A DNA stretch of 64,000 bases from NCBI GenBank assembly GCA_949358305.1, contig OX442314.1, positions 12,400,001 to 12,464,000 of the forward strand. The letters run 5' to 3'. The DNA comes from Strigamia acuminata (lineage: Eukaryota). This document shows, one piece after another, positions 23,001-36,411 of the stretch (position 1 is the first letter of the stretch; every line of letters starts with the position of its first letter). A program made the position numbers and the translations under genes. The notes below the pieces were generated by a model, which ran no database searches, was not told the DNA's origin, and saw nothing but the letters and a program-made list of their open reading frames with translations.

Positions 23001-26000
23001 AATACAGACATGGCTTTAACCTGCTGTGCGGTTTATCACGGCCCATTCTCAGGCTCAGGCAATCGTCACCAGACCTCGGAGTTTCACCGTGGCTGTCAGT
23101 GGTGCAAGACAGACTGTTACTGCAACAGATGTGACTGTTCATGATGATTAGAGACCGGATAAATGCATAAATGCATGGAATATATTTATATTCAATATAA
23201 AGCCAAAATCCCGGATGATCACTAAACTTGTAATAAGTTGTGAGTGACTCCATATTCCACATTATCCCTATTAAATGAAACGTTTTTCTCTCAAAATTAA
23301 TAACCTTCACGTTACCTTCACATTTCAATTTCCATCCATAAATAATGCTTAACTTATGGTTAGTACATCAACTCCCTAAGCTTTTATCATTCTTTATCCC
23401 CAGTCCTGAGCTAACCCTAATTTTTTTCTTCGCTCGGGTAAACATCAGTTAAGACATGACACAAATGAGGTTTCATTAATTAATTGACAGTGTACAAGTG
23501 ACCGCACAACTTTATCAAAGTCACACGGGCATTTAATGAGAGTATCATGCTGTGTTGCCATGACGACAAGCCTTAAAAAACTGGTGAAGATTTTCATTTG
23601 CGGAAGGTGCAAGTAATATTTCTCCTCGCATCGATTTTGCATCACGTTTTAAATGTTTGATGCGCGTCGATTCGTATTTGATCGACGGTTTTTCCACGAG
23701 AAAACTCTACAAGTTGGTCGGAGTGCGCTTCAGGTTGTGATTGGGTAAACGTGAACAGTATAGATAGAAGTCTCTAGAGAGTAGTAAGAATCTATCTCAA
23801 CAATTGTTGTCGGACTAGTCCCTAGACATTTTGAGTTGTACGACACATGCGAATCAGACGCAGACACCGTTGGCACTCATTCGGCTGTGCAGGAGTTAGT
23901 TGGGCTGGGCAAGTATCGGGTAAGAAGGTTGCTAGGAGATATGCTGAGTTGCTATGGCAATATCTTTAGACGAATCTTATCACGAGTAAACAGCATCTCG
24001 GCGCTTATTTCTCTTTTCCACCCGGATGAGTCAATAATGAGGGCATTGTGGCTCAGGTTTGTCCGTGATGTCTCGTATTTTTTTTTTCTTAAACCAAGCT
24101 TTTGGGAATTATTCTAATTTATTATTTATTGCGTGTATATAAAAAATTATCGGATTATTATTTTTTTAAGTAAAACCATGAACCAACACGGACACGTATC
24201 CACATGTTCAGAGCGTTTTGCCACCGAAGGCGCCACATAATGTATAGCCGCACTGTATTCTGGGATGACAACAGGTAACAAACATGCTTAGTTGGCAAGC
24301 AATGTGTAACACATGATTGCTGTCATCCAATCAGCGCACAGAACAATGAATCAATAGGAAATAACACACGGATGCGTGTCCATGTTATCCTTGGTTCATG
24401 GTATAACGCCGATGATCACTGCTCTTCGGATAACCGGTCGTTCGCTTAACCGACGTTCGGATAATCGGCGTTCAATACTGTTCAATACTGTGGTTTGGGA
24501 GTTAAATGAAAGCTGGAAGGGCATAATTAATTTAGATATTTATGTGTATATAAATAAAATGTTTGGTAAAAAACAAATGGACTGAGATGCGCTTCTCATC
24601 TTCTTATGCCAAAGAGCCAAATGGCTCGCCGTAATTCAATCATGCTCGTCGTTAATTATTTCTTGAGATGTTGGGCTGGTCGCTCGTGTGTGGACTTTGT
24701 GCTTTAGGTTTTATGCGGGAAGGAAAATTGGATGCGAAAAGTGTAGTGTGTAGTGAAGAAAGATGGGACGTGACGGTTTTAAAAAGGATGACAAGTTGGA
24801 AAATGGATGTTGGAAATGAAATTGTCAAACGTGACGTCGAACGGGGATGCGAAAGCAATTAAAGTGTGGCCATGTTGAATACGGCATGTATTTAAATGCT
24901 GGCGACTAACCTGTTTGAATCCACGGTACATGACTTGAATTTCTTTCCTGCTGAATTTTGTGTTCCGGCAAAGTGCGTCGATTCCTCCAGGTTTGTAACG
25001 GACGGCGTGCAGTTCCAGCTCATCTTGATCGTTATCTGTTCACCGAAACGAGAAAATTATTCACATTTTAAATCAGTTATTTTCAGGAAAGTAAATTTAT
25101 TTTTATTTATTTTTATTTATTTTTTTTAATAATAATAAATTAATAATGTATTTTTAGCGTCGCAAAAATGATCTTGTTACTATGTATACGTTGTATACTT
25201 GGAATGTTGATTTAGTTTCGTTGGTGGTTCGAAATTTATGACTCCGATAAGCCTAATTGCTTTTGCACTTCCTAAATGGTTTATATGCAAGCTAGAAACT
25301 CGCATTTCATTAAGTTAAAATCTCATTTCCCAGTCCATATATTCATTTCTATCCACTCTGGAACGTCACTCGGTTTCCCTGCCTTCCCCTATTTCACACC
25401 TGTGGACTTTGTCTTTTCAGAGTACTTTAAGAAGTCGATTTTTGCTGTATTACGCACATGTGGATTCGTGACTGTGAAACGCCCATGCATCGACCCCATC
25501 ATTCGTCTCTTTACCATATTTGCGAACCGCAAAACCACACCTGGAGTGTGAAGAGAGAGCGGGAATGGGTGGACAGTTTTGTCTTACCTTTCTTTCGACG
25601 GAAACTACGACGAAGAAATTTCGCCATAGCAACGAGACGGGTCGTGTGTGCAGTAATCCGCGCGCTGTTCTTCGCGATTGCTCTTGCTCTCTTCCGCACG
25701 TGCCATGGGGGAAACGCGGAGCAGTCTCATTTCTGGGCAAAGTAGTTCGTGGCGCCAGTATACCGCGTGTGGGAGTTGGGACCCCGGGAAACGAAGGTAA
25801 ACAGCTCGTAACGTCAGCGATGCACTCGTTAGAGCGAAAGTAAATAACAAGCCGGATTTCATCATATCCACTCCCACGCATCAATTTGGGCGAAAAATGG
25901 GTGGGAGGAGAGATGAAGTGGACAAGTAATGGCGAATTCCAACAGTTTTTTTTTTTTTTTTTTTTTTAATTTATTTTTTTTTAAGACTGAATGTACTTGT

Positions 26001-26083
26001 AATGATGGATTTGAGGAATGTGCAAGTAGACAAATTGCGGGCAAACAGCCCAGTGTGTCTTTGAAGAAGTCTGTTTATTTTTG

Positions 26084-26117
<34 letters not shown>

Positions 26118-29100
26118 TTTGGGTTTGGATTTAGTTTGAGCGAAGATAAATATTGTCTCGTTTTATTTTCATTTCTAAGTTTGTGCGTATAAATTGATTA
26201 CATGTTTTTTATGTGCTAAAAATGTTCCACCTGCTTTTTAACGGTGATGGAATTAGGTTAAGGGCAAATATAAATGTTATCTGAATTCAGATTGCGGAAA
26301 AAGTAAATTGCTGAATTGATTCGATTCGACGTTTGGAGAAACAAAGCTTGGAAATACCAAGATGCTGCAGGAAAGCTTTTGAAGGCGGTGTTTTTTAAAA
26401 AGAAAATTTTTTTTTTTAAATTTAAAAAATATATATATATAATTTATTATTCATAAATTAATTATTTAATTATATAATTATGGTTTACCGGTTGTTACTA
26501 ATCAATTACAACAATTTGCACAACACGAATTATCGGGGTGAGTATCGCTAGATAATGTTACATCATGTCAAAAATAATTGTTCTTGATTATTTGGCTGCC
26601 ACTCAGCAAGTGGTTGTGTGACAATTGATTTAATATCAAAGAGTTCTTTGAATTAGTGACGTCGTCAAGTGATTTTTCGTGGAAATTGCAATCGCAATAA
26701 AAGCGCTGACGCAAGAAATTGTGTATAGATGGTTGCAATATGCATTTTATACCGTATAACAACAATGCAATTCTTTGAAAATACACGTTAACACCGAACT
26801 CCGATATAAATTATTCATAAAACGCCGTGAAACGACACTTTAAACATCCTGTTTAAAATCAAAAAGTTGCACATGAAAAATAACGACTTGATATTTGCTT
26901 TTATTATTCCTCCTCTCCGTATGTTGATTCAGAAATGGAAAAGAACAAAGTGGGGCGGCACACTTCTTTGTGCTGTCAACGCGAGTGGAATGAATGAGAA
27001 CGTGAATACATCGCAGCGACTCCACCTCTCTTTAGCCCAAATTCACTTCATTTATGCCATCAACATGAGCTACAGCGAGGCGACCATGTGAAGTGTTATG
27101 TGCAAGCGTTGCCACGGAAACAAGGGAGATGCTAATGAACTTACAAGTCACTATTTGATTAACCCTTTTAAATACCAATTCACATGAGGAAATGCCATAC
27201 ATGCCAAATTCGCATCATCGAGACTAGAAAGGAATCTAATTAATTAGTGATGAATGTAAACAATTTACATTTGATTGAATCCAATTAAGAAAAATGATCG
27301 TTTCCATCCACTGCTTCTTGAATGATACGCCAAACCTCCTTGGCACATGCCAACCAGCTTTCAGAGTAATTTCTTGGCGGTGTAAGGGGAACAACTCAGC
27401 TCTATTAGTTTCTTATGACCCTAACCTCAATAAAACAACTTCGACACATTACTGTTGACATTTAGCTTGGATGCTTCTATTACCAAGGAAAAATTGACTT
27501 TTCAGAGGTGTACGACCAATATTGTATGGAGTTTGAAGGGAATTGAATTTTTTCATTAATTAAAATTCACGCAACAAATTATAATCTATTTCCAAATGTT
27601 AACTCGTTCAAACTGCGCATGTGCTAACGGTTAAAATCATGGGTTTACACTTGGTGAATAAACAAAATCAATGAAACTATTTACCATTTATAATATTTTA
27701 TATAATATTTGTTTATCACAGTATCTTAGTGTTGAATTTATGTCATTTGAAGAGTGCTTATTTTTAGTTACAGTATGTTATGTCCTGTGTGTCAGTATTG
27801 TATGTGTCATAGTATTGTTTTTTTGTTATGTTAGTTTACCTTTTAAATCAAAACATTATGCTTGTACAGTTGCTGATCTAAAAACATTTTTCGCCCAAGA
27901 GACTTCAAATTATTTTGACTTGGTTTTCATTAACCAAGAAGAACCCACAGAGAGAAGTACCGAAACATCACAATTTAAAACTTAAAGATTATTGCAAATG
28001 GCGCCTGATTTGATGATCTACCGCGTCAAATGTTGTACGCGCAATATTTTTCAAACTACTACAGCAATTTTAGACAAAATAGAGCTTGTTAGATGAGAAT
28101 CATCGAGACGAATCGATTCGAGTACTGTCCTTTAAAGTATGATGAATTTTTGACTTTGAAAACAAATCTAAGCTTTAGTTTTTCTAGTAATGCTCCAACT
28201 GCGCCATCATATGGACGCAGGTGGAATTTGTAAAAGGCGGGAGTTTGAGAGGCCGTTTAGATTAAAAGATATATCGTACGGCAGTTTGAAGACAGTTGAA
28301 GCCATTAGTCAATGTCAGCTGTGAAAGATGCTCGTTCTCAAACGTTAAGACGCTGTGAAAAAAAAAAGAAAATGTTTTTCTATACGACTTTGTCCAATTG
28401 CAGTGAAGCACTTGTTTCCTGTTCCGCTTCTTTCTGCTCACTTGGGAAATCGGGTAACGATGGAAACGCGAAAGTACTCTATGATCAATGTTACCAAGGC
28501 AACTGCGGGGGATTTCCGTGATTTCGTCAATTAGCGCGTGACCTTATGGGACATTTTTTTTAAATTTCACTTATTTGGGGGGGGGGGGGGAGATATTTGT
28601 GAGGTTCGATTTCAAATGCACGTTATTATGCGAAAACGACTATTTTTCCACTTGACATAAATTCAAACTTTTTCAACATGTCACCAAGTGTGCTCCTCTT
28701 AAAAAGCAATTTCTCTTTTTCAACCATGTCATTTGAATATTGGTGATATCTCTTTTTCACGACCGAGTAATTTGGCTTTTATTCAACAATTTTTTTTTTA
28801 TTATTATTATATTTTCCATCGTTATGAAGTTTTTGTGGTTTCGAAAGCCGGAAATATTTTATTTGGAATTTATTATTTTTTTTTTTTAATATCGAGGTTA
28901 ACATCTCATTTTGAACTTTTTAATTTTTCTGTTCTTTTTTTTATTTGTCTTTATAAAGGAAAAATAAATCATTAGTTTTTAAATTAAATGATTAAACTTT
29001 TAAAGATTCACAATTCACAAATGTTCATTTCTCGACCCCGATTTTTCTTTTCTTTTTAATATCAAAACTCTGTGTCTCGTTATCTCCTCCCTTCATTGTG

Positions 29101-32100
29101 TTGTATTATTGAATTTTCAATTTTCATGTCAAACGCATTGATTTAATTTCCTTTTATCTTCCCTCAGACAAAAAAAAAAATGGGGAAAAAAATCGACTGA
29201 AAAGTGCAAATTTAGCGTTTCCCCAACTTTTAATGATTAATTCAAGCATGGGAAGATTAGGTTAAGTTGGGAATTATTTAAAGGCTTAAAAATAAGGAAG
29301 AAGTGCGTTTTTTATAATTTCTGAATTTTTGCACAGTTGTATTGATAGTGGCAATAAATATTAATTGAAAAACGATTGTTTGAAATGGCAGTTTGTTTGA
29401 GCTAATTAAGAAAAGTGAAACTATAAATTACAAAGTAGGATTGCAGAAGTAATGTCCTCTATTAAAATGTATGAGGAAGGGAGAAGATCGCTTTTAAACT
29501 GAAATGATGATGTGTTTTTATGGCGATTCTGCAAAATCAGAGCGCGGTCTTTTTACGAGACGAATTTACAAGATGTATTGATTTATTGATTTGCAAAGTA
29601 ATTGGTCGGATTGAGGCAAGTCGTAACCGTGAATTAATCTATCGTGTTATTGCAGGGCATTCCGGTGTGTAAACTCGATTATGACTCGTGCAGCATCCAA
29701 TTTCATCTAACGGTCTGATGATACTCAGATTAAAACACGAATAATAAAAAGTTATAACTTACCCCAAGAATATAAGGGTTTTAGATCTTTTTTAGTTTAC
29801 TGCGCAATATTTTAATATGGTAATGAAAAACTATAATGTATATAGATAAAATAGAAAAAAAAAGTGAAAAAAATCAAAGTAGTAATTGAGCTGTAATCTA
29901 TAATGCAAACTATCAGGGAAAAAATAACTTTTTGCACCCCATGTGGTTCAGAAATATATTTTACAATATATTGCTTTTTACTTAATGCATTCTAAAATAT
30001 ATAGCATTTTGTAAAATTAATTATATTATTTGTAGATTAAATAACGTATTTGGTAATAAGTTTTATAAAATTAATTATGATTTGCAAACCAATAGCCTGC
30101 TATTACAAAATGCATTCTCTTGAAACCCAATACATTTTAAAATACATTTGATTGTGATGTGATTCCAAAGTATTTTTGAACCATATGAGACAATTTATGT
30201 AATTTTCCATTCCATTGCGGAGAAAGACGTAGATCTACGTAAAAAATATGCAAATAAGGTGGTTTCATAAATATAAAGCCACCCACAAAAATTGGCTTTC
30301 CAGCAAAACGATTAAAACAATCACAAAACTGCTTGTTGCACGTGAATATTCATCAAATTTTACATTTTTTACTCATTTCAAAACAACTCTAAACACAAAT
30401 AACTACTGGTCACAACTGAAAAGCAAGTTTTTGCCTTTTTGACGTCATTCCCAAGTTATTAAATGGGAATAACGTCACTCGTATCAACACGAAACGACAG
30501 AAACGAGTTAAATACATGAAAACAAAACTAAAAATCTGATTAAATTCAATGATAAATATAACTGAAATTTAATTAAATTTGAAGTAAATGTGATGTTAAA
30601 TAAAGAAGTGAATGTTTGTTTAATTCTGTAAATATGATGTGAAATATCATATTTAGCAAAGCTGTAAAGTTATATTTACAAACAGTAAATACAATCTTTA
30701 CATCATATTTACTTGACTTTCCGGTACAGTAAATATGGAATTCCAAGCAGTGTTTAGACTTTTTGAATGCAGCTAGATAGCAGCTACTCGTAGTGTTGCA
30801 TAATTATAATAAGCCAATTTTTGTGGGTGGCTTTATATTTATGAAACGCACCTTATAAGATTTCAGGCTTGAATAAGCCGTTTTTGTTTCGATTTTAAAG
30901 AAACGAAGCACATAGTTTGGACAAATTAATTATTTCAAATTTCCAATTTAATTAATTTAGTCAAAAATTAAAATAAAAAATAATGAATTAAAAACTGTTA
31001 CATTTTTATCATTTTCCTCATTTCTTATCACACCAAAATCTATAATTACTTCTATTTATAAACTCAAATTGCAACATTTTTAAATATTTAAAGAAAAAAT
31101 AGAAAAGAAGAAAAAAAAATATCAACTGCTATTTGATGGAAATAGATTGAAACTGAATATGACAATATATTTCACGCAGCGTCCAAGAATTTTTCATCCT
31201 CGTGCACAAAATCCCATCCCACGCTTGACAACGCACCTGAATTGCTTTGGTTCCATTCACCAAACTTTTTGACCTGCGATATTTATTTTCTGCACCTTAC
31301 TCTACACATGGACGAAGGATAACGTTAAATGGATCCGCAGGCTGTTTCTGTTAAAGATGATTTACGAGAGAATAACAAACAATAAAAACATTGCGAGGAG
31401 AAATTCGGGTTGCTAAGTTTAGGTCTAACTTTCAACCCGATAAGCACTCAACAACACAAACTCAACTAAGTCGAGTCATTCGTTCACCGCCCTTATCTCG
31501 TCGCCTTTGTCCACTAAGACACCGAATCGCCTGACCGTGCACGTATTTGCGACACAATAGAAACCGTTTTGTGTTGCAACTGGACATTATACACGTTGAC
31601 CGTTACCAAAAAAAGGTAGAATTAAGTTTTTGAAGCGTTTGTTTTGGTTTTGGCATGCAGATTGACCGAGAATCAATCAATTGAATTTCAATTTACTCAT
31701 CTTTATGTTTTTGCCACATGTTTGGTCTTCCATTTGATGAAATTGCTGTGGGACTTGGTTACAGTTGATTAGGATCTGCACGGGGAAGTGGGTTTGTTTT
31801 TCTCCACTGGGTGGAGACAGATTGAAGTGACCGGAAATTTAATCCTTGACTTACCCGACTCGATTTTCACACAACGTCGACTTGTTTATGTGAGGTAAAC
31901 AGTTTGTTTAGACTGAAATAAAGTGTATTTAGCTTGGAATAAGCTTTTTCGGCTCGGTAATCAGCTAATAAACGGGAGCGCAATAAAAGTAAAATTGTGT
32001 TTTTACTCACTTTACTCATAAAGCAACGTTTACTGCGTTTTATACGAAATTTCCGCTTTATTTATGGAGGTTAAGCCCAAAGAACTGCAATAAAAATCGA

Positions 32101-33268
32101 CTTTTCTTATGGAAAGATATTTCAATGTTATTGTATAATAATTGTATGTTACACGGTTGATTGCTAGAAAGATATAGGCATACGTCGTATAATATCTAAG
32201 GCCATTTACTACTGAATGGGAAAAAAAGTTTAATTATAATAATAATAATAATTGGAATTTTTACCGCAGTTGCTGTGTTACCGTGTTGTGGAAATTTTTG
32301 TTTCGCAATTCCGTTTGGTCAAGTTTACATTTCCGGATACAATGCGGAAAGGCGAGTATTTCCAAATGGGTAAACTCAACTATTGTTGGAAGATGATCTA
32401 TCCTCATTGTATAGTATTGATTTATACAATGTCTTTTCATGCATGTGTTATTTAAATTTTTGTGCAGTGAGATAAACGCACAATTTAGATATTTCTCGAT
32501 AAAAATCTAGTGGTAATGATTTTGTTTTGGTACGCCCACAAGTTTATATAACTGTTGTGTATTCCAACTCGCAGCTACCATTTTGTAAATCATAACAAAC
32601 ACTTGTAATAAACAACTTTAGACAACACGGGTTGCCGCTCATCCTCAACATAAATAAACAATTGACATCCAAAATCTGATCCCGAGTGGACTTACTTTTT
32701 CTTTCTGGGTCCTAAGTTAGGCCCAGTGCAGTTATCACAATAACTAACTTATATATCAACATAAAACCAAATTGAAGGTTTATTTCCTTTTTGGTTTAAT
32801 CGATAGACTGTTAAGGCAGTATACGAAATTAACGGCACTTAAACGTTACCATCTGGTTGTTGGTTAAGTGGTGTACCTGCAGAGTGAATGGAATATGGCC
32901 AAAACAAAGTGCACAAGGACGTTTAATAATTACATTGGCATTGTATTAAATGATTCACGAGGTCCACGAGTTTGTTGCTAACTTTGATAAAGAATAAAAT
33001 ATTATTTTTCTATTTACACAGCCGTCTCGTCTGCGGTCTAATCGCTTCTAATCTGCAAGAATTCTATCAAGTCGTCATAGCAACCGACAAATTTCGAATT
33101 AAACGATTAAAACAAACTCATGAATAGACGATTGAATTAAACTCATCATTTCATCGACTATTGCTATACATGAATAAAATTACCTTTAAATCGAACTTCT
33201 CGCCACACTTGACGACATACTCGTACGGCACGTCGGTATAACACGTGCACAGAGATGGCACCGCCCAT
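14024..33268 (-). CDS. KCNIP: Kv channel-interacting protein (KChIP/KCNIP-like neuronal calcium sensor). Exons: alternative first 33268-33184 or 25627-25588, then 25035-24911, 19629-19560, 19491-19421, 17701-17489, 14507-14445, 14071-14024
   Basis: Spliced translation: [121 protein letters not shown]...|[36 protein letters not shown]. All introns are GT-AG with consistent phases. Confidence 0.93.
15756..16527. mobile_element. Tc1/pogo-like MITE containing two nested MITEs (15773-16140 and 16262-16469)
   Basis: Outer ends tacagtcga/ttgactgta. Inner TIRs aagccttgttcacatttgcga/tcgcaagtgtgaaccacgctt (18/21) and ccgtattttaccga/tcggtaaaatacgg, the latter with ATAAGAGCCGC subterminal repeats. Confidence 0.7.
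18156..18505. mobile_element. MITE, same family as 16262-16469
   Basis: Begins ctgtattttatcgattaagcatcgccctcgaata, ends ggtaaaatacac, and has the same ATAAGAGCCGC repeats. Confidence 0.65.
18504..18571. repeat. Perfect 30-bp inverted repeat with an 8-nt spacer
   Basis: actagctgcattcaaaaagtctaaaacgac, tcgtttct, gtcgttttagactttttgaatgcagctagt. Confidence 0.9.
18845..18923. repeat. Tandem repeat, unit about 24 bp, about 3 copies
   Basis: ggaattacatcacatgatacatgt-like unit repeated with variation. Confidence 0.75.
20381..20596. mobile_element. Tc1-like MITE with long imperfect TIRs
   Basis: cagccgtggacaaaaaaacttctcttcagtttagctgttttaag is the inverse of cttaaaacagctaaactgaagggaagttttttttgtccacgact. 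Confidence 0.75.
21105..21522. mobile_element. MITE with a TIR of about 52 bp, TA-flanked
   Basis: tatactctttccgcactcaaaaggagccctggaagctgggctcccattggcc and its reverse complement (one mismatch) ending at 21522. Confidence 0.85.
21651..21974. mobile_element. MITE, imperfect TIR of about 26 bp
   Basis: agtttgcgggatgcatttttccctta and taagggaataatgcatctcgcaaact. Confidence 0.6.
24174..24405. mobile_element. Degenerate MITE
   Basis: accatgaaccaa...acggacacgtatcc and ggatgcgtgtccatgt...ttggttcatggt are inverted. Confidence 0.5.
30254..30856. mobile_element. MITE with a TIR of about 45 bp
   Basis: ataaggtggtttcataaatataaagccacccacaaaaattggctt and aagccaatttttgtgggtggctttatatttatgaaacgcaccttat. 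Confidence 0.8.
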
Positions 33269-34436
33269 TTCTGGGGTGCAGCATCACATCGATGAAGATC
33301 GGACGAATGTTTTCCGCGTGGACACCAGTTGCTACTGAATCCGATGTGTTGCCAAGGCTGGCAAGCACGTGCATGAGAGAAGCGTGTCACTCCTAGCGGT
33401 GAGGGGCGTCAACTAGGGACATCCTTGAGCGGGACGACACGGAAAACGGAAAATGTGAGATCGATGAGGCGTATGAAACACCAGCAGTTAAATTACACCG
33501 ATGCAGCCGTAGCAGGGAGCCAGGAACAGTTGTTGCGCCACCTTGTTTATTGACCTTTTAATTGGTCGAGGTCTATCGAAACTAAACGGGGAAATGAGGC
33601 GCTTTGAAGATTGGATTCGGTGCATGTTTGTCGCCATACGACTAACGAGACTGAATGAAACGGTTACTTTGTTGCCTGAAATGACAATTAAAAGTTAATT
33701 GCTTTGTAAACCAAGACGACGCTGCGGATCAAATAAAGTGACATGTTCTCCTTTTGTAATTACTTCGTTGCTGCTATAATAGACATATGTTGTGTATTAA
33801 TTTAGAAGTCTTTTACTTGGTAAATGCTGATGAGGTTTTGATTCAAGTTTTAATTTAAGTTTTGTAGTTTGCTATTATTTAGAATTTTTTTTTTAATTGT
33901 TGAGAAAGTCGAAAAGAATTGCGCGCAGAACACGTTTCAATTAATTTGTGGTGTTTGCCACTTGTTCTACTCTTTTTAATTATAAAATTATAATTTAAAA
34001 AAAAATAAAACGGTTTATGTGCATTTAAATTTTTTGTTTATGTGCTTTTTGGTGTTTTTATGAACAGAATGGACAACACAACAGCTGTAAACCATCTTCA
34101 AAACTGCAAAAACATAAACCACAACTTTAAGTGGTTTATGCAACCTGTGGTTTTGGTTTTTACAACCAAATTCAAAATGGCTACTTTCAAAGTTTGTTAG
34201 ATCGTGGTTCGAACCACTTGAATGCGTCATATTTCATCGGAAAAGCTATTTCCACCGATTTTTTCAAGACAGAGACACAAACACGAAATCCACACGTTCA
34301 GTCTTTTGTTTTTCCTTTTGTTGGAAAAACCGTTTGACTCAATTTTTATTATTAAACGAATTGATTGTAATTGCAAAATTAGTGTTGCATACTGTAATTT
34401 TCTCTTAAGTCCTAGTAAGGGAACCTTTAGCCAGTG

Positions 34437-34509
34437 GTCCCTATAGCGCAGTGGATAGCGCGCTGGACTTCTAATCCAGAGGCCGTGGGTTCGAATCCCA
34501 CTAGGGATG
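34437..34509 (+). tRNA. tRNA-Arg (anticodon TCT), intronless
   Basis: 73 nt. Acceptor stem GTCCCTA/TAGGGAT, anticodon arm CTGGA-CTTCTAA-TCCAG, T-loop GGTTCGAATCC, downstream poly-T terminator. Confidence 0.97.
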
Positions 34510-34681
34510 ATAGTCGGTCACGAGGTTGTGACTTTTTTTATTGCTCCATCTCGCGACTACAATGAAATAATATCGTATTAAACAATAGCTTTCACTTTTA
34601 AACAAACAAAATTATTTTATTTTATTTTTGTAGATTGTAAAAAATATTGATTTTTAAAATAAAAAGGATGTTCATATGCGC

Positions 34682-34754
34682 GTCCCTATAGCGCAGAGGA
34701 AAGCGCGCTGGACTTCTAATCCAGAGGTCGTGGGTTCGAATCCCACTAGGGATG
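34682..34754 (+). tRNA. tRNA-Arg (anticodon TCT), second copy
   Basis: Same cloverleaf; three differences from the first copy (two in the D-loop, one in the variable loop); TTTT downstream. Confidence 0.96.
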
Positions 34755-35019
34755 AGACGTTATTACTTTTCTTTTGTAGCTAACGTTTTATTATGTCTAA
34801 TTTATTCAGTATATTTTGTATTTTTTATAAGTACCATTTCGCCGAGTGCTTTACATCGTCTACATATGTGTTTTCCTTTTATTTTCGGACAATTTCCAAT
34901 GTATTAACGTTTGTTTTCTAACCCATGAATAATTAATTTACGCATTTTAAAATGTAATAAAGATAAGGTACGGCATTCCACTTAAAGATGTAGTTTAATT
35001 GGATTAATACAAACTGAAT

Positions 35020-35203
35020 TCAACGCAAATCAGACGCGGAATATACAGAAGATTTAACAAAACTTGACAATGTTGAATTATTACTAACTATAAAAGATGG
35101 CGGACAAAGTGGAATATTGTTGATTGATGCTTTCTTCTGTCGTCGTTCACGAGCTCTTCGGTTTTGAAACCAAACTTTAATCTAGACACAAAAAAAATAA
35201 ATA

Positions 35204-35234
<31 letters not shown>

Positions 35235-36411
35235 GACAAAAGAAGGAAAGGAAAAGCATTTTAAAGTAAGCAAATCATCACATTTTAATGAAAGTCAGAT
35301 AAACTTCCTGTTTACTAAATAAAGAAGATTCTCCGACTAAAGAGGAGCAGTTTGACAAGATTAAGTTAAATCCGTGGGTCAGTTACCTGAAAATACCACA
35401 AGATTGTAATGGATATTGTCACGTATAATCCGTAAATTAGCCCCTAATATTACAGTGGAGGGGTCACATTGTGCACGTGGTGACCCGCAAAGGAGCAAAC
35501 AGATTAAATGGGACTCATTTTAAGGGGGTTTACGTATTCATCAAAGTCAGTGAAGCGGACTGGGAGCCGCTGCTCACACCGCAGCTTTCACTGATCTTGC
35601 AACGAAAGAGTGATGATGACGAGTTAAACGCGAACAGATGTGTCGCTTGGCAACCGACAAACACGCGGCTTCCCCTTATTAATAAGCGATGGTTTACAAA
35701 TTTACAGAAAATTAAAATCAAAATATCATTTTACAGTTTTAGAAAGAAAGAAATAAAAAGAGGAACGAATTTTTACCTTGTCTGGGGACAAATTCAAGTA
35801 GATGGATAAATACGTAACGTCGAGTCCACTGATGTACGCATTTGTTTTGTAATGGCTTTCCAGGATGGCCAGTTGGAGACTGGTGAAAGGCACTCGAGGG
35901 TTTCGACTGAGTTTTCGTCGTCTTTTGGATATTTTTGCTGCAGCGGCAGCAGCATTAGCAACTGGAATGTAGACGAATGCAATAAAATTGTGAGTTTTGG
36001 CAAATTTTTGGACTTTTGCTCGAATATTATCAAGATTCTTTTAATTATGCAAGTGTCCCCTTGATTTCCCACGCGTGTGATCGAGGCCAAGTTTTATTTC
36101 CACTTTCACTTAGAACAAGACCCCAGTACTGGCAAGGCGCTCGTGTTGAAGCGAATTAATGCGGAAAATGATTTAATTTGCTATTTCTATATTTAGTCAT
36201 CACATATATTCTTACCTGGAAATGTCGGCATTTTCTCTTCACCGTCGTTTGATGATTTCGACGTTTCATCCGGTGCGTAAACGACTTTTTTGTCGTTTGA
36301 TAGAATAGAATCTACGCTGAAATCAGTGTAGGTTGCGGGGGACTGATTTTGCACCTTCCTCGCGTGTACGTGTCCAGTCGAAGAGGTTCTGGCCACGTGC
36401 CAACAACTCAT
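35020..36411 (-). CDS. Msxlx: ANTP/NK-class homeobox protein, Msxlx (Msx-like) type, 180 aa; exons 36411-36216, 35961-35777, 35181-35020
   Basis: eh1 motif TDFSVDSILS in exon 1. Homeodomain SRNPRVPFTSLQLAILESHYKTNAYISGLDVTYLSIYLNLSPDK|IKVWFQNRRARERRQK with an intron between residues 44 and 45. PRVPF, DV..LS and RARERR match my recollection of Msxlx. The homeobox is certain; the family call is less so. Confidence 0.85.

Noticed and set aside
23155..23177. ccggataaatgcataaatgcatg, also present inverted at about 47872-47894
   Set aside because: Probably a remnant of a dispersed repeat; too short to define an element.
25450..25884. Cluster of 60-144 aa ORFs
   Set aside because: GC-rich promoter and 5' UTR of the KChIP proximal first exon; only 25627-25588 fits the splice phase.
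29755..32760. Consensus minus-strand GTAAGT donors near 29762, 31854 and 32695
   Set aside because: No in-frame ATG exon compatible with KChIP; they could be non-coding exons but are unsupported.
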